From the NCBI GenBank assembly GCA_964443695.1, contig CAYUDT010000002.1, forward strand, positions 25,040 to 89,039: a DNA stretch of 64,000 bases. Reading direction: 5' to 3'. Below, piece by piece: positions 20,413 to 30,679 of this stretch. The position numbers and the translations under genes are program-made. Within the stretch, counting starts at the first letter, position 1, and each line of letters begins with the position of its first letter. Under the pieces are notes generated by a model. It saw nothing but the letters and a program-made list of their open reading frames with translations, searched no databases and had not been told where the DNA came from. The DNA is from an uncultured Conexibacter sp. (lineage in GTDB: Bacteria > Actinomycetota > Thermoleophilia > Solirubrobacterales > Solirubrobacteraceae).

Positions 20413-21008
20413 CACGTCCTCCTCGGATAGAGCGCCTGCACGAGCTCGAGCATCGCCTTCTCGGTCTGCGCCCGCGAGAGCCCGTGATCGCGGCGCAGCA
20501 GCTTCCACATCAGCACGTCGGTCGCGGACTGCAGCTGTGCCAGGCGTCGCGCGCGATCCCCGCCGCGCAACCCCTCGACGGCTCCCGCGAAGGTCCGCCC
20601 GCACCACTCCCGGTGGCTGGCGCGGCCGCCGGCCAGGGCCGCGGCCAACGGCGCGACCCGATGCTCGAGCGCCAGGGCACGGATGTTCGCGTCACCGACG
20701 CGTTCGTAGTCGGCCACGAGCAGCCGCACCGCGCCGGCCACGTCATCGACCTCGGCCTCCCGCTGCCGGCGGCGCTGCTCGGAGAAGCGCTGCAGCGCCT
20801 CGGTGAACAGCGCGTCCTTGCCACCGAAGTGGTTGACGACGGTCTGCAACGACACCTCGGCCCGAGCGGCCACCGCGCGCAAGGTGACGTCGTCGTACCA
20901 GCCGGCCTCGAACAGCTCCTGCGCCGCCTGCAGGATGCGCTCACGTGTCGCCTCCTGCGCGGAGGCGCGAGCCTGCATGCGGTACTGGCGCGGGACCGAT
21001 GTATTCAC
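20412..21008 (-). CDS. TetR-family transcriptional regulator (start approximate)
   Basis: TRERILQAA...VTLRAVAARAEVSLQTVVNHFGGKDAL; coupled to the glycosyltransferase; GATGTA..TACATC inverted repeat over the start (20998-21025). Confidence 0.88.
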   Translation of the reverse strand: MNTSVPRQYRMQARASAQEATRERILQAAQELFEAGWYDDVTLRAVAARAEVSLQTVVNHFGGKDALFTEALQRFSEQRRRQREAEVDDVAGAVRLLVADYERVGDANIRALALEHRVAPLAAALAGGRASHREWCGRTFAGAVEGLRGGDRARRLAQLQSATDVLMWKLLRRDHGLSRAQTEKAMLELVQALYPRRT

Positions 21009-21220
21009 TGGACTGACGTTACATCGAATTTCGCGCGCCGTCCAGCCCATCGGCAACGGCCCGGCGTCACCCGCCTGGCACCGTCGTTGCGTCCTGCCCG
21101 CCGCGGGCAGGCTCTGCCGTCACGCCAGGTGCGTCGTCGGACCTGGCCGCCCGGTCCGCGGCGACACCCCCGTGGAAACACCGATGCGAAGACAGCAGCG
21201 CTGCGCAAGCGTGGGAGTCC

Positions 21221-23245
21221 ATGCGCCGTGTCGTCGCCGTCGTGCTGCTCGCCCTCGTGCTCCCCGCGTTCCTCGCCGGCGGTGTCGGCTCCGCAGCCGT
21301 CAAGAAGCCGAAGCGGAAGGTCACCTGCAAGGCGACGCAGAGCACGCTCGTCGTGCGGAGCCGCAAGACGTGCATCTCGCCGTCGAAGCTCCTCGCGAAG
21401 CCAACCGGCAAGCCGATCTCCGCCGCGCGCGTGGCGAGCTTCGGGATCGGCCTCACGATCGGCAGCCCGATCGTCACCCGCCTCACGCCCAAGCGCGCGC
21501 GCCCGACCCAGACGCCCGCCTACAAGGTTCTGCGCCGGATCCGCACGAAGCTCCCCGGACTTCCGGGGCCGGCCGGGCTGCGCGCGACGAACTTCCGCCC
21601 GGGACGGTCGCAGACGACGCAGGACGCGGACGGCAGCACCTCGTCGCGGGCCGAAGGCACCGTCACCGACGATGCGACGGGCGCCAAGGGCACCGTCGAG
21701 GCCGAGGGGCGCCAGGAGGCCGACGGGACGACGTCGGTGACGCTCGATCTGGGGATGTTCGACAAGACCGGCGCGGGCGGGTCGTTCACGATCCGCATGC
21801 CCGTCTCCCACGAGATCACCGGTCAGGCCAAGTGCCCGACCGCGACGGGCGACATCGAGCGCCGGCGGAAGGACTCGTTCGCCAACCGCGTGCACCAGAC
21901 CCGTCCAGGGTTCGGCGTCGCCTTCATCGACCAGAGCGTCCGCTACCAGGGCGAGACGACCCTCAAGGGCAAGGTCGATGACGGCGCCACGCTCACGAGC
22001 GCGGAGTACACGGGCACGGCGACGCTCAACATGTCCTACGAGGCCAAGCTGCTCGGCGGCCTGATCCACCCCGACTGGCAGGTCGAGTTCAAGCTCACAG
22101 CGTCCGGCACGATCGACGGGCGGACCGGTACCCGCAGCCCGGGTCAGGCGACGATCACTGCCCGCAGCCGAGGCGTCAGCGCCGCCGATGTCGCCGTCGT
22201 CGCCAACGACCCGAAGCTCCGCGACCAACTCACCCAACTGCTCGCCGACAACGTCGACGGCGCGTTCAAGAGCCTCAAGACGGCAGAGACGAACTGGCAG
22301 ACGCCGAACGCCTGCGCGGCGCTGAAACTCAGCCCGGAGACCGGCGCGAGCGGACTCGGCAAGGGCGACAGCACCCAGTTCACCGGAGAGGTGCAGGCGC
22401 GGCAGAGCGGTGGGACGACGTCCGGTCGTTGGACGCTGCAGCAGCAGACGGCCGGGACCCAGAGCGGCCTGCCCGGCGCCTCCGCGCCCGGCGCCCCCAT
22501 CACGGTCCGGTTGACCGCGACGCAGGACGTCGACCAGAACACCGTTGCCGCTGGCGTCACGGTGCGCGCGACCTCACCCGCCGGCGTGGCCGAGCGGTCG
22601 TGGAGCGCGACCGGCAAACCCGCCGGCCCGCCGTACTACTACCGGATCATCGGAGGCTCGGCGACGCAGACGGTCTCGGGCACGCGCACGAATCCCAACG
22701 GCTCCCGCATCGACCAGGTCGAGCCGGTGCAGTACGCGTGGAGCTTCGCGCCGAGCAGCGGACCGCCCGATGGGTCGGTCACCGACGACGGGCCCTACGG
22801 CGAGATCGAAGCCGCCGCGGAGACCACCACCGAGAATCCCTGGACCTGGCGCACCGACGACGACGGCGGGCATACCCATCCCGTCGGCCCGCGGACATGG
22901 CCCGGGCCGGCGGTGACCATGTACCCGCCGCCCGGTGACAGGAGCCGCCTCGTCGTCTACTGGGACGACCTCGGCGTTCCCGACTTCCAGTACTCCGCCG
23001 ACGTCGGCGCTCAGGACGGCACCTACAGCACCCTCGGGCCGAACTGCCGGCGCCAAGCCGGTTCGGACCTCGCGAGCGATTCCCTCCCGCTGAGCTTCTT
23101 CGCGCAGCGCTCGTTCACGTTGTCCATCGACCGCGACTGGCACGTCGACCGCACCTCGAGCCTCGGCCACGACGTGTGCAGCGGCCACCTCAACGCATCG
23201 CTGACGCTGCAGCGGGTGCAGGAGGACGGCTCGCCGCTGCCGTAG
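21221..23245 (+). CDS. Secreted hypothetical protein, beta-rich with a Lys-rich N-terminus
   Basis: Signal MRRVVAVVLLALVLPAFLAGG; 674 aa, Thr/Gly-rich; GGGAG RBS. Confidence 0.75.
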   Translation: MRRVVAVVLLALVLPAFLAGGVGSAAVKKPKRKVTCKATQSTLVVRSRKTCISPSKLLAKPTGKPISAARVASFGIGLTIGSPIVTRLTPKRARPTQTPAYKVLRRIRTKLPGLPGPAGLRATNFRPGRSQTTQDADGSTSSRAEGTVTDDATGAKGTVEAEGRQEADGTTSVTLDLGMFDKTGAGGSFTIRMPVSHEITGQAKCPTATGDIERRRKDSFANRVHQTRPGFGVAFIDQSVRYQGETTLKGKVDDGATLTSAEYTGTATLNMSYEAKLLGGLIHPDWQVEFKLTASGTIDGRTGTRSPGQATITARSRGVSAADVAVVANDPKLRDQLTQLLADNVDGAFKSLKTAETNWQTPNACAALKLSPETGASGLGKGDSTQFTGEVQARQSGGTTSGRWTLQQQTAGTQSGLPGASAPGAPITVRLTATQDVDQNTVAAGVTVRATSPAGVAERSWSATGKPAGPPYYYRIIGGSATQTVSGTRTNPNGSRIDQVEPVQYAWSFAPSSGPPDGSVTDDGPYGEIEAAAETTTENPWTWRTDDDGGHTHPVGPRTWPGPAVTMYPPPGDRSRLVVYWDDLGVPDFQYSADVGAQDGTYSTLGPNCRRQAGSDLASDSLPLSFFAQRSFTLSIDRDWHVDRTSSLGHDVCSGHLNASLTLQRVQEDGSPLP

Positions 23246-23704
23246 CGTTGCTCGCCCCTCCTCCGAGCCCGGTGCCGGTCGCGGCGCTCGTCGGCCGGTC
23301 GAGGGGAAGACCCGTGCTTCCAGGGAAGTGATGCCAGAGGCGCTGCCTACCAGCGGGCGAATGCGCCCGTCGCTCGCCGACCGCGGCGGCGCTTCATCGT
23401 CTCCTGCGATCCGTCGGGCTGGCGGTGGGGCCACCCGGCCTCGTACATGACCGCCACCGACGTTGCTAGGGCGACCACCAGCCGCGACCTCGAGAGCCAC
23501 TGGCTTCTTGGGTATATCCGCGAGGCCGGGCACGCGAGCAGCAGCGTGTGGTTGTGGTGCTTCCGAAGTAGCGGAACGAGTAGCAGACGAGCTAACGCCG
23601 CTGGCAACAGGCGTATGGGGCAGGCGCCGTCTTGAGGATGCGTCAAAGCCCTCGCCCTGGACGGCTACCCAAACACCCTGCCGTCAACGACGACGACCCG
23701 AACG

Positions 23705-25540
23705 TCACCGCACCCGGGATGCACGCGGGAGCAGCGCCGGGTTGCCGCTGAACCGTGCGACGACCCGCGTCGTCGGTGCGACCCCGGCGACGGTCACCCG
23801 GAAGCGGCAGTTGCGAGACAGCGCAGCCCGGCCGAGGGTGGCCGTCCTGCGCCCCGCTGTCATCGCGGTGATCCTGATGGTCCCGCGGCAGCCCATCGCT
23901 GCGGTGACGCCGGCAGGGAGCGCGAGCCTGCCGGCGACGGTAAGGCCTCGCGAGCGCGAGCCCCGCCGCCGAGCGGCCAACCCGGCAGGGTGCAGGCGCG
24001 GTCCGATGCGCAACGTGTAGGCGCCGCGGCTGCGAGTGGCGGCGTCCCGATCGGGGCCGGGGAGGGTGACGACGAGCTTCGAGCCGTCGCGCCGGACGGG
24101 TAGCGGCCGCTCGTCGGAGCCCAGCAGCACGACCCGCGCGCGGCTGCCGAGCGTGACCGGAGCGTCGATCGTCAGCTCGCGGCCGGGCCACGTCAGCGCG
24201 GTGACGTACAGGTAACCGGCCCGGCCGACGGTGAAGCGCAGGTCCCCCGCCTCGGGCTGTCGCCAGGTGCTGGTCGCGTAGATCGCCTCCCCGTTGATCG
24301 CCAACCAGTCGCCGATCGCGCGGAGGCGGTCGGCCATGGGCTCCGGGATCGTCCCGTCCGCTCGCGGGCCCACGTTCAACAGGAGGTTGCCACCGTGGGC
24401 GACGGTGCTCACGAGGGTCGCGATGAGTTGGTCGGCGCTGAGGTAGGAGCCGTCCGATTCCTGGGCGTTGTAGCCGAAGGACGTGCCCATGCCGCGCGTC
24501 GCCTCGAACGGCGGACGGGGGTAGGTCGTCGCGTACTCCGAGGTCGTGTAGTCGCGGTGCGTCGTGCCGTCGCCGCAGCGATCGTCGACGACCACGCCGT
24601 CCGGGTTGGTCGCCTCGGCCTGGTTGAAGTAGTGGGCGATCGTGTCGTTCGAGCGGAAGTACCCCTCGGCGCCGCCGATGTCGCACCAGAGCACCGACGG
24701 GTGGTAGCGGTCGATGAGCTCCCGGAGCTGGGGGCGCACCTGACCGGAGGCGTAGTCGTCGATCGGCATGTAGCCGGTGTACGGCACCGGGAGCTGCGTG
24801 TAGGCGTTGCGAGCCGGAAGCACCGACGAGAACAGCGGTGCGTTTGCGCCGGTGCCGTCCGTCGCCGAGCCGGGTCGGGACGCCGGGTTGAACCACTCGG
24901 GGATCGAGTAGTAGAGCCCGGGCCGGACCGCGTCGCCGTGGCGGCGGGCCGCAGCGACGAGGTCGCCCACGAGGTCGCGCCTCGGACCCATGGCGCATGC
25001 GTCCCGCTGGGTCGTCGCAGAGCACCAGAGCGAGAATCCGTCGTGGTGCTTGGCCGTGAGGACGAAGTACCGCGCCCCCGCCTCGGCGAAGAGCCTGACC
25101 CATGCGTCGGGGTCGAAGCGCTCGGCACGGAAGCGAGGGATGAAGTCGTCGTAGACGACCCCCTGGCCGTAGGTCTGCAGGTGGTGGCTCCACGCCTTGC
25201 AGGCAGGGATCTGCTGCACGAACCAGTACCACTCGGCGTACCCGGCGCAGTTGGACGAGAGCTCGAACGGGCGGGCGCCGAGGGGTGCGAACGCGGGGAC
25301 CGCGTACACGCCCCAGTGGATGAACACCCCGAACTTGCCGTCCTTCCACCATGGGGGGAGCGCGTGTCTCTCCAGCGAGGCGGCTGAGGGCTCGTAGCGC
25401 ACGCGCTCCTGGGCCCGACTGCACGCCGGCGCCATCAGCGCCGCAAGGCCGAGGACGACGATGACGACGTGGCACGGCAGCACGATACGTGCCAGCCGCT
25501 CCCGGCCGAGCTGGGCGCGCGGATCGATGGCCGACACCAT
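23705..25540 (-). CDS. Secreted alpha-L-fucosidase (GH29); start uncertain
   Basis: WWKDGKFGVFIHWGVY, YAEWY, AGARYFVLTAKHHDGF, GLYYS, LWCD, SFGYN, GGNLLLNVGP, WLAINGEAIY. Confidence 0.92.
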   Translation of the reverse strand: MVSAIDPRAQLGRERLARIVLPCHVVIVVLGLAALMAPACSRAQERVRYEPSAASLERHALPPWWKDGKFGVFIHWGVYAVPAFAPLGARPFELSSNCAGYAEWYWFVQQIPACKAWSHHLQTYGQGVVYDDFIPRFRAERFDPDAWVRLFAEAGARYFVLTAKHHDGFSLWCSATTQRDACAMGPRRDLVGDLVAAARRHGDAVRPGLYYSIPEWFNPASRPGSATDGTGANAPLFSSVLPARNAYTQLPVPYTGYMPIDDYASGQVRPQLRELIDRYHPSVLWCDIGGAEGYFRSNDTIAHYFNQAEATNPDGVVVDDRCGDGTTHRDYTTSEYATTYPRPPFEATRGMGTSFGYNAQESDGSYLSADQLIATLVSTVAHGGNLLLNVGPRADGTIPEPMADRLRAIGDWLAINGEAIYATSTWRQPEAGDLRFTVGRAGYLYVTALTWPGRELTIDAPVTLGSRARVVLLGSDERPLPVRRDGSKLVVTLPGPDRDAATRSRGAYTLRIGPRLHPAGLAARRRGSRSRGLTVAGRLALPAGVTAAMGCRGTIRITAMTAGRRTATLGRAALSRNCRFRVTVAGVAPTTRVVARFSGNPALLPRASRVR

Positions 25541-25645
25541 TACGCCTGCATCCGGTTCATCGCGATCACGCTAATCGGTGCGTCCGCCCAGCGCCTCCCG
25601 AACGCTGCCAGAAGTCTCTCGCCACAGGACGAGCCCCGGAACGAC

Positions 25646-25671
25646 AGAAGCCCCGCAGGTGCAGGGCTTCT
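25646..25671 (-). terminator. Hairpin downstream of the displaced tRNA-Asp 3' half (probable original tRNA terminator)
   Basis: AGAAGCCCcGCA-GG-TGCAGGGCTTCT stem; a related copy lies at ~33864-33889. Confidence 0.55.
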
Positions 25672-25674
25672 AGT

Positions 25675-25718
25675 GACGGGAGCGACGGGACTCGAACCCG
25701 CGACCTCCGGCGTGACAG
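25675..25718 (-). repeat. att site: duplicated 3' half of tRNA-Asp
   Basis: GACGGGAGCGACGGGACTCGAACCCGCGACCTCCGGCGTGACAG is identical to 33894-33937. Confidence 0.95.
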
Positions 25719-25855
25719 ATAAACGGGTTATGGGAGTTTCGCCGCATTTTGCGCCCATTTTGCGGGCTTTTGAACGGCAAGATCAGGCTGGATCAGGTTG
25801 ATTTGGTACCCGTGTGGTACCCGCGGCATCCGATCTCCGGCCTAACGTTTCGGCC

Positions 25856-27166
25856 ATGAACGGTTCATCTCGACCCTCCGCCGGTGCGGTGTTCGTCGTC
25901 GAGCGGGACCGCGGCCCGGTGTACTACGGCAAGTGGCGTGACCGCACCGGGCGGCAAGTCAAGCGCCGGCTCGGGCCGGCGTGGGTCGTCGCCGATGGCG
26001 ACGGGTGGAAGCGTCGGCGCGGCCGCATACCGGATGGAGTGCTGGACGAGCACGCGGCGATCGTCGCGCTGGCGGCGGAGATCGCCGCGCACGAGGAGCA
26101 GGTCGGCGTCGTGCCGGTCGACCGGACGGTGACGTTCTCCGATGCCGCGGATCGGTGGCTCCACCACCTCGAGCGCATCGAGGGCGCCAAGCCGTCGACG
26201 ATGGCCGACTACCGGTACTACCTCGCGTCGGTTGACGCGGTCGCGAAGAAGCGCGGGCGCAAGCCGGCCGCGCGGATCATGCGCGCGTTCGGGCACCGGC
26301 CGGTGATCTCGATCACCACCAGCGACGTCACGCGTTTCCTCGCGCGGTTGGATGCCGAGCCGACGATGGGTGCACGCACGATCAACAAGCACCGCCAGGT
26401 CATCTCGTCGGTCTTCGAGCACGCGCTGCGTGACGAGTCGATCGGGCTGACTGTGAACCCGGCCCGGGCCACAGACAAGCGCCGCGAGCCCGACGACAAG
26501 CCGATCGAGTTCTACGAACCCGAGGAGGTCATGGCGCTGGCCCGCGCCGCCAGTTCCGGGCTCCACCGCGACCCACGCCGTCCCGCCGTCACCGACGAGG
26601 AACGCGCGGAGCGCGCCCGGGCCGACGAGCAGGACGCGGCGCTGTACGTCGTCGCAGCCTTCACCGGGCTGCGACTCGGAGAGCTTCTGGCCTTGCGCTG
26701 GCGCAACGTCCACCTCACCGACGCCAAGCTCATCGTCGAGGCGAGCTGGTCGGCCGGTCAGCTGACCTCCCCCAAGTCGCGCAAGTGGCGCGCCGTCCCG
26801 GTCGCCGACCAACCCGCCGGCGTCCTCGCGCGCCTGGCCGAGCGCGAGCGCTTCGTGGGCCGCGACGACCTCGTCTTCTGCAACCCGGTGGGCGAATACC
26901 TCGATCCGTCGGCGGTACGCCGTCGCTACCGGCGCGCTCAGGACGCGGCGGAGCTCCGACCGCTCCGTTTCCACGACCTGCGCCACAGCTTCGGCAGCCT
27001 CGTCATCCGCGAGTTCGACCCGGTCGCCGTCAAGGACTTCATGGGCCACTCGAAGATCACCACGACCGAGCGCTACCTCCACGCGCGGTCACGGCGCACC
27101 GACGCGGTCCGCCTCACCAAGGCTCTTGCCGGCGAGCACGGCCACAACGAGCACGCCCACGTGTAG
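25856..27166 (+). CDS. Tyrosine recombinase / integrase
   Basis: Catalytic set TGLRLGE, SPKS, FHDLRH, MGHS, TERYLH; adjacent to att. Confidence 0.95.
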   Translation: MNGSSRPSAGAVFVVERDRGPVYYGKWRDRTGRQVKRRLGPAWVVADGDGWKRRRGRIPDGVLDEHAAIVALAAEIAAHEEQVGVVPVDRTVTFSDAADRWLHHLERIEGAKPSTMADYRYYLASVDAVAKKRGRKPAARIMRAFGHRPVISITTSDVTRFLARLDAEPTMGARTINKHRQVISSVFEHALRDESIGLTVNPARATDKRREPDDKPIEFYEPEEVMALARAASSGLHRDPRRPAVTDEERAERARADEQDAALYVVAAFTGLRLGELLALRWRNVHLTDAKLIVEASWSAGQLTSPKSRKWRAVPVADQPAGVLARLAERERFVGRDDLVFCNPVGEYLDPSAVRRRYRRAQDAAELRPLRFHDLRHSFGSLVIREFDPVAVKDFMGHSKITTTERYLHARSRRTDAVRLTKALAGEHGHNEHAHV

Positions 27167-27225
27167 ATCGCGAGGAAGCGAGCGTCGCGACCCATCTGCG
27201 CAGGGCACCTCCGAACTGGAACGTG

Positions 27226-28332
27226 TCATGCCGTGACTCGGCAGAGTCCGATCGCTGCGCATCCGGCTTCAAGTTCCGCAAGGCCAAACGCTTCGAGTGG
27301 ACCGAGCGCGCCCGTGGTGCGCGTGGGCTCGGTGGCCAGCCGTTCGGCGCACCAGGCGAGCGCCTGCGCGGTGAACGGGTAGATGCTTGGGCCGTCGAGT
27401 TGGACGCGCGCGAGCTCATTGCCGCCCGAGTCGTGTGCGTGCGCGGTGATCGTGATCCCTGCCGCTGCGTTGTGCTCAGCGCCCGGGCCTGTGCCCGGGC
27501 TTCGCAAGATCCGGTTGACGGCCGTACGCCCGAGGTCGCGTGCACCCGGGAGGCGTAGGAGCCCAGCCGTCGCGCGCGAGGCGACCGCCGCCGCCGGGGT
27601 GGCAGAGCCGAGCCAGCCGATCCCGACATGCACGTCACGCAACTGCGGGTGGATGCGTGGCAAAGAGAGCTGCTCGCTGCCGCTGAACGACAGCGACCTC
27701 CGCGAGGCCGCGTTGCCAGTCGGGTGTCGCAGGGCACGCAGGCCCGGCGCTTCGGTGACGAGCGTCCCACCGCGCCAGGTGTAGCCGGGTTCGAGCATCG
27801 CCAGGGTGCCCGACAGGAGCGTGCCGCGGCTGATCCGCAGCGGTCCGGTCGTGAAGTAGCCGACGGTGACCGACGTTGCCTCGGCGCCGGCGTCGGCGAG
27901 CGCAAGACCGGCGGCGAGGTTGCCCGGGACGTAGTCGTAGCCGAACGCAGGCAGCATCGCGATGCCGGCATCACGGGCGGGGCTGTCGTACCGCTCGAAG
28001 ACGCGGCGCACGAAGGCCGGCTCACCGGTCGAATCCACGTAGTGCGCGCCGGCCGCGAGCGCGGCCTCGACGGCGGCCGCGCCCCAGCGGGTGAACGGAC
28101 CGACGGTGCTGACGAGCACATCGCCCTGTGACACGAGGGCGCGTATTGAGGCAGGGTCAGAGACGTCGGCGTACGCGACTGGGAGGTCCCCGAGCTCGGC
28201 GGCCAACGCCGAGACGGCGGCGACGTCGCGCCCGGCAAGAGTGGGATGCAGATCGCGCTGAGCAAGCGCGGTGGCGGTCAACCGGCCGGTGTAGCCGGTG
28301 GCGCCAAGAAGGACGATGCGAGGTTCGAGCAT
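27226..28332 (-). CDS. Saccharopine dehydrogenase-like NADP-binding oxidoreductase
   Basis: IVLLGATGYTG, LAGRD, STVGPFTRWG, HYVDSTGE, AFGYDYVPG. Confidence 0.88.
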   Translation of the reverse strand: MLEPRIVLLGATGYTGRLTATALAQRDLHPTLAGRDVAAVSALAAELGDLPVAYADVSDPASIRALVSQGDVLVSTVGPFTRWGAAAVEAALAAGAHYVDSTGEPAFVRRVFERYDSPARDAGIAMLPAFGYDYVPGNLAAGLALADAGAEATSVTVGYFTTGPLRISRGTLLSGTLAMLEPGYTWRGGTLVTEAPGLRALRHPTGNAASRRSLSFSGSEQLSLPRIHPQLRDVHVGIGWLGSATPAAAVASRATAGLLRLPGARDLGRTAVNRILRSPGTGPGAEHNAAAGITITAHAHDSGGNELARVQLDGPSIYPFTAQALAWCAERLATEPTRTTGALGPLEAFGLAELEAGCAAIGLCRVTA

Positions 28333-28362
28333 GTGGAACTCCACGAGTTGACCGTGAAACGT

Positions 28363-28389
28363 TGCGACAATTCTGTGTACTCTGTCGCA
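28363..28389. promoter_or_regulatory. Inverted-repeat operator between divergent cargo genes
   Basis: TGCGACA-N13-TGTCGCA immediately before ATG 28392; a TetR lies downstream. Confidence 0.55.
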
Positions 28390-28391
28390 TC

Positions 28392-29252
28392 ATGAGCGTT
28401 ACTCGATCAGCACGCCCACCGCACGCGGCGGCGCACGCGGCTCCTGCAGTCGACCCCCACGGACTGCTGTGGCGTCACGCGGGCGACTGGCGGATCTACC
28501 TGATGGTGCCGACGACGACGCTGATGCTGAACATGCTTCCCGGGGTGTCTGCGGGGATCGAGCAGCACTCGGTCGCCTTCGAGGACCCTGTCGGGCGCTT
28601 CGCGCGTTCGGTCCCGAAGATCATGGCCACGATCTACGACCCCGAGATGCCGGGGCGCGTGCGCGACTACCACCGCCACGTCAAGGGCGTCGACGCGGAT
28701 GGCGCTCGGTATCACGCGCTATCGCCGGAGCTCTATTACGCCTCGCACGCGATCTTCACCTTCACGATGATGCGGATGATCGACGTCTTCGACCACCGGC
28801 TCTCCGAAGAGGAGAAGATCGATCTGTACGAAGACTCGAAGCTCTGGTACCGCCGCTACGGCATCTCCGACCGGGCGATGCCCGAGACCTGGCCGGACTT
28901 CCAGGACTACTGGCAGCACCTGACCAGTGAGGTCATGCAACCCACCGCGATGGCCCACTACCTCGCCGACACCCTCGACAACCCCGCAGAGCTCAAACCG
29001 GGGCGAATGCCGGCACCGGTCTGGCACCTGTTGAGCTCACCGCTCACACACGAGGGCAAGTTGCTGACGCGCGCGCTCATGCCCGCGACCGCGCGCGAGG
29101 TGCTCGGCTGGCGCCTGCGCGACCGCGACCGCGCCGAGTTCGGCGCCCTGGCCACGGTGATCCGCACCGCCTGGCCGCGACTGCCGTACTCGCTGCAGCA
29201 GTGGCCATCGGCCCGGGCGACCAAGCGACAACTCCTCGCCGCGGCTGCCTGA
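28392..29252 (+). CDS. MpaB / Lcp-like (ER-bound oxygenase family) protein
   Basis: LWRHAGDWR, GIEQHS, VRDYHRHVKGVD..GARYHALSPE..YASHA, MPETWPDFQDYW. Confidence 0.85.
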   Translation: MSVTRSARPPHAAAHAAPAVDPHGLLWRHAGDWRIYLMVPTTTLMLNMLPGVSAGIEQHSVAFEDPVGRFARSVPKIMATIYDPEMPGRVRDYHRHVKGVDADGARYHALSPELYYASHAIFTFTMMRMIDVFDHRLSEEEKIDLYEDSKLWYRRYGISDRAMPETWPDFQDYWQHLTSEVMQPTAMAHYLADTLDNPAELKPGRMPAPVWHLLSSPLTHEGKLLTRALMPATAREVLGWRLRDRDRAEFGALATVIRTAWPRLPYSLQQWPSARATKRQLLAAAA

Positions 29253-29254
29253 GG

Positions 29255-29857
29255 ATGCTCGAGCACCTGATCGCGACGGCGACCACCGACGCCACACCAG
29301 ACGACTCGACGACGGCGATCCTTGACGCTGCGCTGGCCGAGTTCACCGAATTCGGCATCCGTCGTACGAGCATCGCCGAAGTGGCCAAGCGCGCCGGCGT
29401 CCACCGCGCCACCGTCTACCGCCGCTACCCCACGAAAGAGGAGCTCGTCACCGCCACGCTCCTGCGCTGGGCCCGCGGATTCTTCGGCGCAGTCGCCAAC
29501 GCGGTCGGGCATCTGCCAACGGTCGACCAACGTCTGGTCGAAGGCTTCACCGTGTGCCACCGCAGCATCCGCGACGACCCGTTCTTCGCCCGGATGCTCA
29601 CGAGCGAACCCGACGTCACCTTGCCGTTTCTCACGACGAACGGAGGACCGCTCATCGCCGCCGTCCGAGACTTCATCGCTGCTGAGGCACGCACCGCGGG
29701 CGACGCACGGAGCAACATCGTCGAAACCGCCGAGATCGGTGCACGCCTCGGTCTCTCGTTCCTGCTCACACCCCAGAGCACCTTCCAACTTGACACCGAC
29801 GAGCAACGCCGAGCCTTCGCCCGCCGCTACCTCACCGGGCGCCCACCGGGCGCGTAG
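29255..29857 (+). CDS. TetR-family transcriptional regulator
   Basis: ILDAALAEFTEFGIRRTSIAEVAKRAGVHRATVYRRYPTKEEL. Confidence 0.92.
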   Translation: MLEHLIATATTDATPDDSTTAILDAALAEFTEFGIRRTSIAEVAKRAGVHRATVYRRYPTKEELVTATLLRWARGFFGAVANAVGHLPTVDQRLVEGFTVCHRSIRDDPFFARMLTSEPDVTLPFLTTNGGPLIAAVRDFIAAEARTAGDARSNIVETAEIGARLGLSFLLTPQSTFQLDTDEQRRAFARRYLTGRPPGA

Positions 29858-30003
29858 CAACAATCGTCACCGCGCCGCAAGAGACCCGCCTTGCGAACGT
29901 CTGGGTCGCACCACCACCCACACGCTCCACACTCGCTTCTCCTCCACAGATTTGCACGCCGCCGCGAGCGGCCCGCGACCGGACGGGTGGATACCGTGAG
30001 CTG

Positions 30004-30288
30004 GTGCTGATCGCCGTCTTGTTGTTCACCGAGACGACCGTCGCCAAGCTCGGTGTGCGGGGGATCTCAGCGGAGGAGATCCGTCAGGTCAACGACGGCG
30101 ATCGCGTCGTGATTCGCAATCCGCGCCCGCGGGTCGAGGGGTCGGTGTTGATGATCGGGCCGACGCACGGTGGTCGGGTGTTGACGGTGGTGCTGAACCC
30201 GGATCGGCTGGATGACGCGACGTGGCATGTGCGCACGGCGTGGGAGGCGAGCGCTGCGCAGATCGGGCGCTACCAACGTGACCGGTAG
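30004..30288 (+). CDS. BrnT-like (RelE-fold) toxin
   Basis: KL..RGISAEEI, LMIGPT.GGRVLTVV, WHVRTAWEAS...Y pattern; 94 aa; followed by an acidic partner. Confidence 0.65.
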   Translation: MLIAVLLFTETTVAKLGVRGISAEEIRQVNDGDRVVIRNPRPRVEGSVLMIGPTHGGRVLTVVLNPDRLDDATWHVRTAWEASAAQIGRYQRDR

Positions 30289-30305
30289 AGGAGCATGATG
30301 TAGGT

Positions 30306-30527
30306 ATGGATCGCGACGACGAGATCACCTCTGAGGAGCTCGACGGTCTGCTCGACGATGTCGAGACGCTGAGCGTCGACCGTCCCGAGGCGGGGACCGA
30401 GGTCCGGTTGTATGTGTCGGTCGATGCGGAGACGTTGCGTGAGCTTGAGCAGCGTGCCGCGGCTGACGGGACCGACGTGGCGGTTGTCGCCGCCGATGCG
30501 CTTCGCGCGGGTACTCGCGCCGCGTAG
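30306..30527 (+). CDS. Putative antitoxin with C-terminal ribbon-helix-helix
   Basis: Acidic N-terminus, then VRLYVSVDAETLRELEQRAAADGTDVAVVAADAL (strand-helix-helix). Confidence 0.6.
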   Translation: MDRDDEITSEELDGLLDDVETLSVDRPEAGTEVRLYVSVDAETLRELEQRAAADGTDVAVVAADALRAGTRAA

Positions 30528-30679
30528 CTCAGACGCGGTCTGAGCGGACGGCATCCAGCGCGGCGCTGCCGCGCGGTCAGACATCGCACAGAATCTCGCC
30601 GTCGCCGACCAAGACAAGCGACGCACCGGAAGATTGCGGAGTGGAAGACGCGGCCCTGGCGCGCCTAAGGGCCAGACGC

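Noticed and set aside
21170..21220. c-di-GMP riboswitch before the secreted protein gene
   Set aside because: GGAAAC..GATG resemblance only; I could not build the required stems or pseudoknot
23246..23704. Short ORFs between the secreted protein and the fucosidase
   Set aside because: Atypical codon usage, no RBS or motif; probably non-coding or decayed
25677..25718. Second tRNA-Asp gene
   Set aside because: Only the anticodon loop through the 3' end is present; it is the att duplication
30528..30679. oriT upstream of the relaxase
   Set aside because: Plausible by position, with a small hairpin near 30559-30574, but no nick-site consensus I can identify
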